64,000 nucleotides of DNA from Trueperaceae bacterium (GCA_965214405.1 OZ243956.1:2400001-2464000); one strand, 5' to 3'; counted from the first letter of the stretch, positions 41,300 through 51,490 are shown. Notes: generated by a model from the sequence alone, not told the origin. Translations and numbers: made by a program.

Positions 41300-41997
41300 A
41301 AGGCATCACCGAGAGCCTGAGCCGCGTCGCCAACAGGCTGGCCGAGTTGGGCATCACCGACATCGTTTTCGTCGGCGGCGCGACGATTGGCTTGTTCTTG
41401 ACCGACCCAGCCGCCCCCGAACCGAGAGAGACGTTCGACGTTGACGTGCTGACGCCGGAAACTTCCAGAGCCGCTTACAGCGCACTGGAGGAGAGGTTGC
41501 GAAGCGCCGGATTCACACAACCGATGAACGAGGGTGACCCCGTCTGCCGCTGGCGCATCGACGGTGTAACGGTGGACATCATGCCGCCAGACGAATCCGT
41601 TTTGGGCTTCTCGAACCGCTGGTACCCGGACATCATCAGGCACGCGCGTCAAACCGTCCTGCCGGACGGCACCACGATCCGTCGCGTAACCACCCCCTAT
41701 CTCATCGCGTCGAAGCTCGAGGCGTTCCACAGTCGCGGCAAAGGAGACTACCGTTTCAGCCACGACCTCGAAGACATCATCATCCTTTTGGACGGGCGAG
41801 ACGAAATTGTCGAGGAGGTGCGGGGAGCTCCCGAAGACGTGCGGGCCTTTGTTACTGATGAGTTTCGCACGTTGTTAGCCGACGAACATTTTACCGAAAC
41901 CGTGCCCGAACATTTGCCCCCTGACGCCGCCAGCCAGGCGAGGGCGCCGGTCGTCATCGAGCGCATGAAGCGTGTGGTCGTTAGTGCAGTGGAGTGA
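41296..41997 (+). CDS. Nucleotidyltransferase, putative AbiEii-like toxin
   Basis: FVGG, RETFDVD, VDIMP, ASKLEAF..RG, SHDLEDI. Confidence 0.75.
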   Translation: MKGITESLSRVANRLAELGITDIVFVGGATIGLFLTDPAAPEPRETFDVDVLTPETSRAAYSALEERLRSAGFTQPMNEGDPVCRWRIDGVTVDIMPPDESVLGFSNRWYPDIIRHARQTVLPDGTTIRRVTTPYLIASKLEAFHSRGKGDYRFSHDLEDIIILLDGRDEIVEEVRGAPEDVRAFVTDEFRTLLADEHFTETVPEHLPPDAASQARAPVVIERMKRVVVSAVE

Positions 41998-42035
41998 TGA
42001 CTACCCTTGGCGTCGTTAGCACTGAGGACGCTCGT

Positions 42036-42379
42036 TTAGTCAGCTCCGAGCACGCTCAACCCTGGAAACACCGCCTTGTACGCCGTGTCGTCGAAGGTGA
42101 TCACGCTCAGCTTGTGATGCTCAGCGTACGCGCCGAAAGCAGAGCCCGACCGCTCCCAGACGCTCGGCGGCGTGTCCCAAAGAACTGATACACCAGCGCG
42201 CTCCAAAAAGGTCATGACGCCCTCCCGGTTGGGCGAGGCCATAAGTTCGGCGTAAACAACGGGAGAGACGACCAGCAGCTCAGACGCGCCCACCTTACCA
42301 GATGCTCCCTGGCGCGTCGGTGGTTAACGTCGGAGCGGTTTAGAGCCGACAAGATGAGGTTCGTGTCAACACTAATCAT
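42036..42379 (-). pseudogene. PIN/VapC toxin pseudogene
   Basis: Starts MISVDTNLILSAL, frameshifts near 42300 into SPVVYAEL; the acidic segment before TFD appears deleted. Confidence 0.8.
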
Positions 42380-42638
42380 CCTGGGTGCTGTCTAAGCCGC
42401 GTTCTTCGCGGAGGTAACGGGTTGCGTCGTTTTGAGTCGCGTTCCCCAGCGCGGTGAAGTCATAGTCGGCCAGCACGCCGTCAAGAACGTCACCCAGTTC
42501 AGGACGCACCACCGACACACGCACGCTGCTCCCTTCGACCTCGTAACGCACCGCGTCACCGGGTCTGACGCCTAAAGCTTTGCGCACCTCGGCGGGAAGC
42601 GTCAACTGATACTTGCTGCTCACCTTTCCCTCGGTCAT
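42372..42638 (-). CDS. AbrB/MazE family antitoxin (now orphan)
   Basis: KVSSKYQLTLPAEVRKALGVRPGD. Confidence 0.9.
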   Translation of the reverse strand: MTEGKVSSKYQLTLPAEVRKALGVRPGDAVRYEVEGSSVRVSVVRPELGDVLDGVLADYDFTALGNATQNDATRYLREERGLDSTQDD

Positions 42639-42741
42639 CGCTTACCTCCGGCACATACTATATTGGTAAGTTAAGAGCACGTACAGATTAGAAGCTTACT
42701 AAAGCAAACGAGCATTACCAAATCAGTGATATATTGCCACT

Positions 42742-42990
42742 ATGGCTACTGACACGGTAAAGCTCGGCTCCAATGGCAGGTTGGTCATCCCCGCCACGTA
42801 CCGTAAGGCGCTCGGCGTCGAGGAAGGCGACGAACTCGTCGTTCGTTTGGAGGACGGGGAGTTGCGGCTCTCGAGCCGCAAGCGCGCCTATAGGCAGGCG
42901 CAGGCGCTCGTCCGGCGCTACGTTCCCGAAGGCGTCTCGCTCTCCGACGAACTCCTCAAAGACCGCCGCGAAGAGGCGTCGAGGGAGTGA
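42742..42990 (+). CDS. AbrB/MazE (VapB-type) antitoxin
   Basis: NGRLVIPA..RKALG..EGD; leaderless TATATT-N6-ATG. Confidence 0.9.
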   Translation: MATDTVKLGSNGRLVIPATYRKALGVEEGDELVVRLEDGELRLSSRKRAYRQAQALVRRYVPEGVSLSDELLKDRREEASRE

Positions 42991-43373
42991 GCGTCGTTTT
43001 GGACGCGTCCGCGCTGTTGGCGTTTTTGAATAGCGAGCCCGGCGCTGAGCGGGTCGAGGCGCGTATGGCCGCGGGGGCGGTTATAGGCGCGGTCAATCTA
43101 GCCGAAGTGGTAAGCAAGCTCACCGAGCGCGGTATGCCCCCCTCGGACATCAGGCGGGCGGTTGGGGGCCTGGGCTTGGAGATTGCGCCCTTTGACGAGG
43201 CACTAGCCTACGCGGCGGGTGAACTGCGCAAGGAGACGCAGTCTTTAGGCTTGTCGCTGGGTGACCGAGCCTGTTTGGTGTTGGGCATCAGGGACGCGCT
43301 CAACGTCCTCACGACTGAACGCGCGTGGGACGCGGTCACGCATCCCGGCCTGACGGTGGAGAGAGTCCGTTAA
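42987..43373 (+). CDS. PIN domain VapC toxin
   Basis: VLDASALLA, NLAEV, LSLGDRACL; GTGA overlap with antitoxin. Confidence 0.92.
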   Translation: MSVVLDASALLAFLNSEPGAERVEARMAAGAVIGAVNLAEVVSKLTERGMPPSDIRRAVGGLGLEIAPFDEALAYAAGELRKETQSLGLSLGDRACLVLGIRDALNVLTTERAWDAVTHPGLTVERVR

Positions 43374-43376
43374 GGC

Positions 43377-45938
43377 ATGGACGTTACCCAAATCGAGCGC
43401 ACCCTGGCCGCCCTCTTCATCCCCGACACGCTCAAACCCCGCCAGCTCGTCTTCTGGTACGACGAACGCGCCGAGTTCGAGAGCGCCTTTGAGGAACTCA
43501 CGCTTCCCAGCGGCATTGACAAGGTCAAGCTGGGGAGAACGCCCTTTAGCACCAAGTACCGGGTGCTCGTCGAGCAGCCCGCCACCTCTTTTTTGCTTTA
43601 CGCGCCCTTTGCCGAACCCCCGGTGACCGAGAACTGGCTTTTAGACCTGCAAAAACAGGCGGAGCGTTTTTCTGCGGACCGCGCCGCGCTTCTCTTTCGG
43701 CGGTACGGCCTGCACCAGAGAAGTCTCGAGGGCTACCTGAGGCGTCATCTGGCGTTTTTCAACGCCAAGAAACGCACTGAAGCCCTAGACGCCATCGGGC
43801 TCTCCAAAGAGAGCAGTGAGATGGACCTGCGGCTCGCCATGATGTGCGCCACGCTCGGCTTTAGGGTCGCGGACGCGGGCCTGCTCCTCCGCGCCGTGCT
43901 CATGGCGGGTCTTGCCGAGGCGCACAACGCGCCCTGGCAAGAACTCGTCAAGTATTTTGAGCCCCAGGAGTTCTGGGAGGTCGCGCACTGGGGGCTCGGT
44001 GTGCAAGACACATCAACCTTGCGCGACCTCTTCGTCCGCCTTGCCCTCACGCATGTGCAGCACGACCTCAGGGTGCCGCTGCCCGAAGGGTTCGGGAGCA
44101 AACTCATCCAGCCGGGCGCCAAGGCATACGTGTTTGTTGATGCCTGGCTGCGGCATACTATGGACGCTCCCCGTTGGGCCGCGTTGAGCGGCAGCCTTGT
44201 GGGTGATCTGGGGCTGCACGCTTTCGCTGCGTCTTTAAGCCCCGACACCTACAGCAAGGTCGAGACGTTCGAGGTGTTTGACCAGGCGCTCATCCAGCAC
44301 GTCACTGAGTACCTAACCGAGCGCCTTACCGAAGCCGACGGAACCCAAACGGGGACTGAGACGCGTTTACAAGGGTGGCTGAGCGACCGCAAGCCGCTCT
44401 ACTGGTTTGAGACGTACAGGCATCATTACGACGCTCTGGGTGCCGCGCTTGATTTCACGTTATTGGGGCGCGAACGCGCGTCTTTTAGCGGCAGCGTGGC
44501 CCAGCTTTTCGGGGGCTACGCCGAACGTTACTACCAGATAGACCGTTCCTACCGCCGTTATGTCGCCGCCAGCGACCAGGTCAGCGGCGACGTGTTGGGG
44601 GGGCTCACCGAGAAAATTGAGCGCGCTTATACTTTTTCCTTCTTAGAACCCCTCGGCGAGGCGTGGTCAGACGCCCTTCAGGCAGCGGGGGACGGGTGGA
44701 ACCCCCACGGCTCCAAACAGTGGCTGTTCTACGCACATCACGTCCAAACGGTCCTGGACCGCAACGACCGGGAAAAGGTGTTCGTCATCGTTTCCGACGC
44801 GCTGCGCTACGAAGTGGCCGCCGACGTTCAGGCGAGCCTCATCACCGAGCTGCGGGGCGACGTGACGCTCATACCCCTGGCGGGCGTGTTGCCGAGCATC
44901 ACCAAACTCGGTATGGCCTCGCTGTTGCCCCACACCACCCTGAGCCTCACCGACAAAGGCGACGTGCTCGCGGACGGGCGCTCCACCCAGGGTCTGGAGG
45001 GGCGCAACGCCGTTCTCAACGCGGGTAGTGTAAGCAGTCTGGCGGTGGGTGCCGCGGACCTTCTCGCCATGAGCCGTGAAGAGGGCCGCGCCGCCGTTCA
45101 ACCTCACCGCGTCATCTACATTTACCACAACATCATCGACGCGACCGGAGACCATAGGCCCAGCGAACGGAACGTGTTCGCGGCCTGCGAGCGGGCCGTG
45201 GACGAGCTTACCCAGATCGTGCGCAAGATAGCCAACACCCTAAACGGCACCAATATCCTCGTTACCAGCGATCACGGCTTTTTGTACCAACACCAGCCCC
45301 TCACGCAGCACGACAAGGTGGAAAGGGCGAGCGGGCGCATCCTTGACAGCGGCAGGCGGCACACCCTCGGCAGCGAGCTGAGCCGTCCGGGCGGCACCCA
45401 GACCTTTAGCCCTTCTTATCTTGGAGGGCTCGAGGCCCAGAGCCCCAGGGGCACCCTCCGCTACGCCGTGCAGGGCGGCGGCGCGCAGTATGTCCACGGC
45501 GGCGCCAGCCTCCAGGAGGTGTGCGTGCCGCTCCTGACCTACAAGCACGTGCGCGCCAGCAAAGGCGACGACGGACCCAGCCATAAGGTCGGCGTGCGGG
45601 TGAGCACCACCACCCGCAAAATAACCAACAACCACTTCACCGTCCGCTTGGTCCAAGCTGAACCCGCAGGAGGCCGCGTCAGACCGCGGCAGGTGCTTGT
45701 CAGGTTCGTTGACGAGGCGGGCGCGACCATCACCAACGCTTACCCCCTCAACCTAGAGAGCGCCGCCACCCAGGCGACCGACCGAGAGTACATCGCCCGC
45801 TTGAATATTGGCGTGAGCAATATTGCGCGCGATAAGCCGTACTACTTGGTTATCATGGACGCGGAAGACGACATCGAAATCCTGCGCGAAACTTGGCAGA
45901 TCAACCTCGTATTGACCGACGACTTCGGAGACTTTTGA
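43377..45938 (+). CDS. pglZ: BREX-1 PglZ phosphatase/nuclease
   Basis: VFWYD, VIVSDALRYE, LPSIT.LGMASLLP, YHN.ID..GD, TSDHGF, YVHGGASLQE. Confidence 0.96.
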   Translation: MDVTQIERTLAALFIPDTLKPRQLVFWYDERAEFESAFEELTLPSGIDKVKLGRTPFSTKYRVLVEQPATSFLLYAPFAEPPVTENWLLDLQKQAERFSADRAALLFRRYGLHQRSLEGYLRRHLAFFNAKKRTEALDAIGLSKESSEMDLRLAMMCATLGFRVADAGLLLRAVLMAGLAEAHNAPWQELVKYFEPQEFWEVAHWGLGVQDTSTLRDLFVRLALTHVQHDLRVPLPEGFGSKLIQPGAKAYVFVDAWLRHTMDAPRWAALSGSLVGDLGLHAFAASLSPDTYSKVETFEVFDQALIQHVTEYLTERLTEADGTQTGTETRLQGWLSDRKPLYWFETYRHHYDALGAALDFTLLGRERASFSGSVAQLFGGYAERYYQIDRSYRRYVAASDQVSGDVLGGLTEKIERAYTFSFLEPLGEAWSDALQAAGDGWNPHGSKQWLFYAHHVQTVLDRNDREKVFVIVSDALRYEVAADVQASLITELRGDVTLIPLAGVLPSITKLGMASLLPHTTLSLTDKGDVLADGRSTQGLEGRNAVLNAGSVSSLAVGAADLLAMSREEGRAAVQPHRVIYIYHNIIDATGDHRPSERNVFAACERAVDELTQIVRKIANTLNGTNILVTSDHGFLYQHQPLTQHDKVERASGRILDSGRRHTLGSELSRPGGTQTFSPSYLGGLEAQSPRGTLRYAVQGGGAQYVHGGASLQEVCVPLLTYKHVRASKGDDGPSHKVGVRVSTTTRKITNNHFTVRLVQAEPAGGRVRPRQVLVRFVDEAGATITNAYPLNLESAATQATDREYIARLNIGVSNIARDKPYYLVIMDAEDDIEILRETWQINLVLTDDFGDF

Positions 45939-45953
45939 GTTTAAGTATGAGTT

Positions 45954-48014
45954 TTGAGTATGAGTAACGTTCAGATGAACGGCGTCGGGAGCGCACCCGC
46001 AGACCTAGACCGCAAGCTTAATGAGGTGTTCCCCGGCCGGGTGGTCCGTAAAGACCTCACCAAGCGCCTCAGAGAGGGTGCGAACGTCCCCGTTTATGTG
46101 CTCGAATACCTGCTTGGCACCTACTGCGCCACCGATGACGAGATCGCCATCGAGGCGGGTGTCACCAGGGTCAAGAAAATCTTGGCGGACAACTACGTCC
46201 GTCCCGACGAGGCCGAAAAGGTCAAGAGCCGCATCCGCGAGCAGGGGCGCTTTACCGTCATTGACCGGGTAACCGTGACGCTCAACGACAAGGCCGACCG
46301 CTACGAGGCGCACCTTTTGAACTTGGGCGTTACCGACATCTTAGTCAATCCGGCTTACGTTACCCAATTTGAAAAACTTTTGGGGGGCGGCATCTGGTGC
46401 ATCTTGAGTTTAGAGTATGACGCCTCTCACAAACCTAGCCCCTTTGTTATGGCGAGCCTCAAGCCTGTACAAATGCCTGGTTTGGACATGAGTGAAGTGT
46501 TCGAAGGTCGCAAGGCGTTTACGCGGGGTGAATGGATCGATGTGCTCCTTCGCTCGACCGGCCTAGAGCCCACCACGCTCGAAGAGGAGAGCAAGTGGCA
46601 CCTCATCGCCCGCATGGTGCCTTTAATCGAGAACAACTACAACTCCTGCGAGCTCGGCCCCCGCTCGACCGGCAAGTCGCACCTCTACAAAGAGATCAGC
46701 CCCAACACCATCCTAGTTTCCGGCGGGCAGACCACGGTCGCCAACTTGTTCTATAACATGACGCGCCAGCAGGTCGGCCTGGTCGGCTTGTGGGACGTGG
46801 TGGCCTTTGATGAAGTGGCCGGGATAAATTTCAAAGACAAAGACGGCGTGCAGATGATGAAAGATTACATGGCGTCGGGGTCATTCGCTCGCGGCAAAGC
46901 GCAGATCAGCGCAGGCGCCAGCATGGTGTTCGTCGGCAACGTCAACCAGAGTATCGAGTCCTTGGTCAAGACCAGCCACCTCTTCGCGCCCTTTCCCGAC
47001 GCGATGATTGACACCGCCTTCTTGGACCGTTTTCATGCTTATATCCCCGGCTGGGAGATTCCCAAGTTCGGCCCCGAAAACTTCACGCTCCAGTACGGCT
47101 TCATCGTGGACTATTTAGCTGAGTGGCTCAGGGAGATGCGCAAACGTTCTTTCGCGGACGCGCTCGACCCGCACTTCAAGCTCGGCAACCAGCTCAAACA
47201 GCGCGACGTGCAGGGCGTGAGAAAGACGGTGTCGGGGATGCTCAAGCTTCTGTTCCCGGACAGTAGCTTCACCAAAGCGGACGTTGAGGACGTGCTCATC
47301 TACGCCCTCAAGCTCCGCAGGCGCGTCAAGGAGCAACTCAAGAAACTCGGCGGCATGGAGTTCTACGACGTGCATTTCAGCTACATCGACACCGACACGC
47401 TGGAAGAGACCTTTGTGAGCTTGAGCGAGCAGAGCTCCGGCAAGCTCATCGAGAACGAGCCCCTCCCCGCCGGGCACACCTACGGCGTGAGCCGCGGCCA
47501 CAACGACGTGATTGGGCTTTACAAGGTCGAGCTTCAGGTGGTGGGCGGCAACGGCAAGCTCAACAAGATGGGTGGCGCGGCCCAGGCCGGGGTGCGTGAT
47601 GCCATTAACGTGGCGTTCAACTACTTCAAGGCCAACAGCTCCCGGATCAGCGGCTCGATAAATTCGGGCAGCTACGATTACCTGCTCTCCATAACCGACC
47701 TGCAAGGCGCAGGCAACCCCGAACAGATCAGCCTCGCCGTGCTCGTCGCCCTGTGCGGAGCGGCACTCGGCCGGGGCGCGCAGAGCCAGATGGCGATTCT
47801 CGGCGACATGACCATCGGCGGCACCGTCACCCCCGTCGCCAACCTCGCCAACAGCCTTCAGGTGGCGTTCGACTGCGGCGCCAAACGCATCCTCATCCCG
47901 ACCGCCAACGCCGCGAACATCGGCACGGTGCCGGGTGAGCTGTTCGCCAAGTTCCAGACGTCCTTTTACAGCGACCCGGTGGACGGCGTGTTCAAAGCTT
48001 TGGGCGTAGGTTAG
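45954..48014 (+). CDS. brxL: BREX Lon-like protein BrxL
   Basis: NVPVYVLEYLLG, ELGPRSTGKS, AFDEVAG, C-terminal Lon-like domain. Confidence 0.96.
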   Translation: MSMSNVQMNGVGSAPADLDRKLNEVFPGRVVRKDLTKRLREGANVPVYVLEYLLGTYCATDDEIAIEAGVTRVKKILADNYVRPDEAEKVKSRIREQGRFTVIDRVTVTLNDKADRYEAHLLNLGVTDILVNPAYVTQFEKLLGGGIWCILSLEYDASHKPSPFVMASLKPVQMPGLDMSEVFEGRKAFTRGEWIDVLLRSTGLEPTTLEEESKWHLIARMVPLIENNYNSCELGPRSTGKSHLYKEISPNTILVSGGQTTVANLFYNMTRQQVGLVGLWDVVAFDEVAGINFKDKDGVQMMKDYMASGSFARGKAQISAGASMVFVGNVNQSIESLVKTSHLFAPFPDAMIDTAFLDRFHAYIPGWEIPKFGPENFTLQYGFIVDYLAEWLREMRKRSFADALDPHFKLGNQLKQRDVQGVRKTVSGMLKLLFPDSSFTKADVEDVLIYALKLRRRVKEQLKKLGGMEFYDVHFSYIDTDTLEETFVSLSEQSSGKLIENEPLPAGHTYGVSRGHNDVIGLYKVELQVVGGNGKLNKMGGAAQAGVRDAINVAFNYFKANSSRISGSINSGSYDYLLSITDLQGAGNPEQISLAVLVALCGAALGRGAQSQMAILGDMTIGGTVTPVANLANSLQVAFDCGAKRILIPTANAANIGTVPGELFAKFQTSFYSDPVDGVFKALGVG

Positions 48015-48050
48015 TGGAGTGAGCGGGCAGCCAGGCCGCCCACATCAGTG

Positions 48051-48518
48051 TCAGTAAGCCCTTGCTCTTCCGTACCGTTCAATGACTTGTTTTAGAACAT
48101 CGGGCGCGTAAGGCCAACTTTCGTTAGCACCCTCAAAGAATCCGCCGCGCTTCGCTTCATCCCAATACTGACGCGCTTCCTCGTAATAAGGCAGAGTGAC
48201 TCGCCGGACAAACTCGACAAACTCACGTATATCAGCCGCTCGGATGCGTTTCTCAACATCAGGAAGGTGCTCTCCCACATCAAGAAACCCAATTATATAA
48301 GCCATGCCTGCCGGACCTAAAAAGCGGGTGAGTGCTATCGTCTTGTCGAAACCTGCATAGCAGTTCTTTTCGGGTTGTAATGGGCTGTAATTAGCGTGAT
48401 GTACAATGTGCCATCCACTGTTATCTATGTGCCACTCGACGTAACCATGTTCTGGTTCTTCGATAAGCTGGCCGCACTGATCACAGAAAAACTGTTGTAA
48501 AGGTTCAAGATTCATCAT
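48051..48518 (-). CDS. Hypothetical protein with CxxC/His putative metal site
   Basis: FCDQCG..., IVHH...C; lower GC; TAAACT upstream. Confidence 0.6.
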   Translation of the reverse strand: MMNLEPLQQFFCDQCGQLIEEPEHGYVEWHIDNSGWHIVHHANYSPLQPEKNCYAGFDKTIALTRFLGPAGMAYIIGFLDVGEHLPDVEKRIRAADIREFVEFVRRVTLPYYEEARQYWDEAKRGGFFEGANESWPYAPDVLKQVIERYGRARAY

Positions 48519-48837
48519 ACCTTAGAAGTTTACACGCTTATTCTTGTCAGTCAGCGCAATATTTTACTCCTTCAAACTGGCACCCTGACAGCACAAAGTG
48601 GCTGTTGGTACATCAGCTTGGCTGCCCCGCAAAATTTTTGCGCCACCTGGCTGTACTCCATAGAACTCCCTGCACAGGTGGCGCGGAGCGGGGCAACATC
48701 CACCCATTTCTAGGTTTTTACCAGTTCCACGCTACCCTTGAGGCTTGTGCGATGCCAAGCACCCCCTCTTCTGCCGCGGGGAAGCTACGCCGTTTTTTCG
48801 CTAAGGGTCCCAAAGCGTTGGTAGCCCAACGCTTGGT

Positions 48838-49428
48838 CTACAAGCCTGTTTCATGTCGCCAAGTGAGTATCTCAAGGAGCCAAGCGGCGAGACCCTCTAA
48901 GGGCTCCGCGGCCTCGTTCACCGCGTCGAACAGTTGGCGGATGTTGATGCGGCCTATTTCATCGAGCGGGTTCTTTCCTTCTTGCTTAGGTTTGTCAGAG
49001 TATCTGAATATAGTAGAACCTTTGTCAAGACTCGCAAACTCGCCTATGACGTGGGTAGCGAGGTCCAAATCAGGAAAGTCCTTGGCATCGGGATGCTCGG
49101 ACAACAGTTCTACCGTCTTGCCCCAAAGCACTGAGAGGTTGTGACTTTTAGGGGGGTCATCATCCCTACCGTGCAGTTGTTCTGCCATGCGCCAAACCGC
49201 CTTGACCCAAAGCTCTAGGTAATGCCGGTACAAGAATAAGGTGGGGTAGATGAGCACATCAAGCGGCTCTTTCTCGTCGAGCATTGCCGCGACAAGCCTG
49301 TCCGCCGCCAGCTTATAGCCAAGAACGTAATGCTCAGGCGTTACGTCGGTATACCCGACGAGGGCGTCGCTGAAAACATCCGTACCGCCGGAGAAGACGG
49401 GGCCGAACTGATTCTTGTCTCTTTCCAT
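48838..49428 (-). CDS. Putative HEPN-fold protein
   Basis: RHYLELWVKA, SHNLSVLW, FRY motifs; GATACT-N6-ATG leaderless start. Confidence 0.5.
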   Translation of the reverse strand: MERDKNQFGPVFSGGTDVFSDALVGYTDVTPEHYVLGYKLAADRLVAAMLDEKEPLDVLIYPTLFLYRHYLELWVKAVWRMAEQLHGRDDDPPKSHNLSVLWGKTVELLSEHPDAKDFPDLDLATHVIGEFASLDKGSTIFRYSDKPKQEGKNPLDEIGRINIRQLFDAVNEAAEPLEGLAAWLLEILTWRHETGL

Positions 49429-49510
49429 TTGCTCAGTATCTCAGATAAAACGGTGAGGTGCGAGCTCTGGTCAAGTTTGGTGATGGCAGGGATTAAAGAA
49501 TTAGTCAGCA

Positions 49511-50515
49511 TTAAGGATTGACGTAGCGATACCCCTCCGGCGCAGCCACCCTCTTCAAGCTGGGCACGCTCTCAGCCGTCACACCTTGCGCGCTGTACTG
49601 GGGCAGGCCGTTGAGCAGAATCAGCTCTCTCACCCACGTCATGGCGCTGCCATAGCGGTGCGTCACGTCGCCGTGGCTCTCTCCTGTAGATTCAACCGTC
49701 GCAACGTTCGAGGTCGAGGCGTCGGGCCGGTGGTTGGGGTCATCATCCCAGGTGTAGTTGGGCAGGCTGTTGTTGCTGCGCACTTCGAGGGTGAAGGCTA
49801 CGTTCCAGGGCGTCACGTCGTTGATGTCCTGAAGAGGCAGACCCGGCACGTCGAGCCGCTGGCACACCGAGTCGGTCTTATTTAGCGGCCAGGGATAGAG
49901 CGAGCTGTCGCCCCCGTAGTAGGTCTGGACAAGCGGATTGTTAATGAGATTATCCTGTGGCCATTGGGTGCAGATACCGTCCAAGTAGATGAAGTAGTCG
50001 AAGGTCACCTCCGGATGGTTCCAGGCGAGCAGACTGGCCCAGACGGTGCCGTGCGAGTGCGCCAGCAGCACGATGCGCGTGGGGTTGTCGAAGTCCGCCA
50101 CCCACTCCTGTTGCACCCTCTCGACGTAAGCCTCGGCTTCCGCGTAGCCAAGCTCGTAAGCGTCGCTCATGTTGCTGTAATGCGTACCGATAAAGGCGGA
50201 CACGTCTACGTACTCGACGCTGTATCCGAGGCTGCCGAAAGCCGCCACGATTGCCTGGCGGGTTTGTACGGGTGTACTACCGGAAAAGTCATCATCCAGA
50301 TACGTGTAGTTGTCGAACGGCGGGATGCAGTCGAGCGGGTGGGGAGTACTGGCGCAACGTCCTGAGAACGCCAGCACCACCACGTCGGGGCTACCGGCGG
50401 GCCGGAGGTTGGTAACTGGTAGCTCCGGTTTGGGTGTGGGTGACGGTTCGCTGTTGGGCTGTGAACAGGCGGCGAGAACAAGCACGACAAGAAAAGACAA
50501 CAGTGGGCGACGCAT
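49511..50515 (-). CDS. Lipoprotein, alpha/beta-hydrolase-like
   Basis: Lipobox LAAC; IVLLAHSHG nucleophile elbow; YLDG. Confidence 0.65.
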   Translation of the reverse strand: MRRPLLSFLVVLVLAACSQPNSEPSPTPKPELPVTNLRPAGSPDVVVLAFSGRCASTPHPLDCIPPFDNYTYLDDDFSGSTPVQTRQAIVAAFGSLGYSVEYVDVSAFIGTHYSNMSDAYELGYAEAEAYVERVQQEWVADFDNPTRIVLLAHSHGTVWASLLAWNHPEVTFDYFIYLDGICTQWPQDNLINNPLVQTYYGGDSSLYPWPLNKTDSVCQRLDVPGLPLQDINDVTPWNVAFTLEVRSNNSLPNYTWDDDPNHRPDASTSNVATVESTGESHGDVTHRYGSAMTWVRELILLNGLPQYSAQGVTAESVPSLKRVAAPEGYRYVNP

Positions 50516-50669
50516 CCGCTCCTCCTAGAGACCAGAGGAGCATACGGAGTTCTTGTAGCTTTACGCCGTAAAAACCTCAACGCGGTTCTTGCCGGAAAAA
50601 CTCACAGTTGATGGCTGAAGGCGGGCAAGCGAACCTAACCTTGCTGTTCGCTTGCCAGGTTATTAGCGC

Positions 50670-50897
50670 TTAATAGATGTGTTGAGCGTGCAAAGGAGCA
50701 TCCGCAACGTCCCGCAGCAGCATCATGAAGCCTGGTAAGGGGCAGGTGACATATAAGCGCCTCGTTTCTCGCTCGAAACGAGCTTTGGCCCCAACAGATT
50801 GCCATTTATGCACGAGCACCTCGGCGTCTTGGTTGGGCGAGAGCTGACAGAACCCCTCGATGTGGCCGACGAAGCAGTTTCCGATCCCGTGTTCCAT
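50670..50897 (-). CDS. Small hypothetical protein
   Basis: Strong GGAGGA RBS; no recognisable motif. Confidence 0.4.
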   Translation of the reverse strand: MEHGIGNCFVGHIEGFCQLSPNQDAEVLVHKWQSVGAKARFERETRRLYVTCPLPGFMMLLRDVADAPLHAQHIY

Positions 50898-51191
50898 TGC
50901 TGTTCCTCCTTCTTGTAACTAGGGGCAGTAGGGTTTCCAATTGCCCTAGTGTTCAGCCTCACCGACCTGAGGGGTCATGGCAAGAGAAACTACCCCCTCC
51001 CCAGAGAAGGCCCACTTCGCGGCTGTACTTTCTCTCACGAAACAGCACCCCCCTGGCCGGACATGAGGCCCCGCAACAGATTTTTTCGCGGGGTTGTAAG
51101 GGTCCCCCCCTCCCAGACCACGTAGGTAGCGCGTGGTTTTGGCAGGGGAAAAGGAACCAGCGCGTTCTTATGGACCCCCCCGGAGGCACCA

Positions 51192-51416
51192 ATGACCATT
51201 ACCCATGAACTCTTTCTCTTTTTCTCTTCGGCCCTCTTTCCCTCACTCGTCCGCCCTTTCACGCTCCTTTTCGCCTTTTTGGAGGTAACGCCTTATGTCC
51301 TGATTGGTTTGTCGGTGCTCGCTGCCTTGTGGGCGGGCTTTTGGCTCTTCGTCCTCTCAACGGTTGTCTTTTACCGTCTCCGTAGCTTCCTTCGCAGTTC
51401 CTACCGCCGCCGCTAG
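51192..51416 (+). CDS. Small hydrophobic membrane protein
   Basis: GGAGG RBS, hydrophobic segments, Arg-rich tail, followed by hairpin plus T-run (51450-51480). Confidence 0.5.
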   Translation: MTITHELFLFFSSALFPSLVRPFTLLFAFLEVTPYVLIGLSVLAALWAGFWLFVLSTVVFYRLRSFLRSSYRRR

Positions 51417-51490
51417 TCCTTCACGTCCGTTTCGTCCTTACCCTCGTCCGCCCCGCCCTTGTGGTGGGGCTTTTTCTTTTGGAGATGCCC

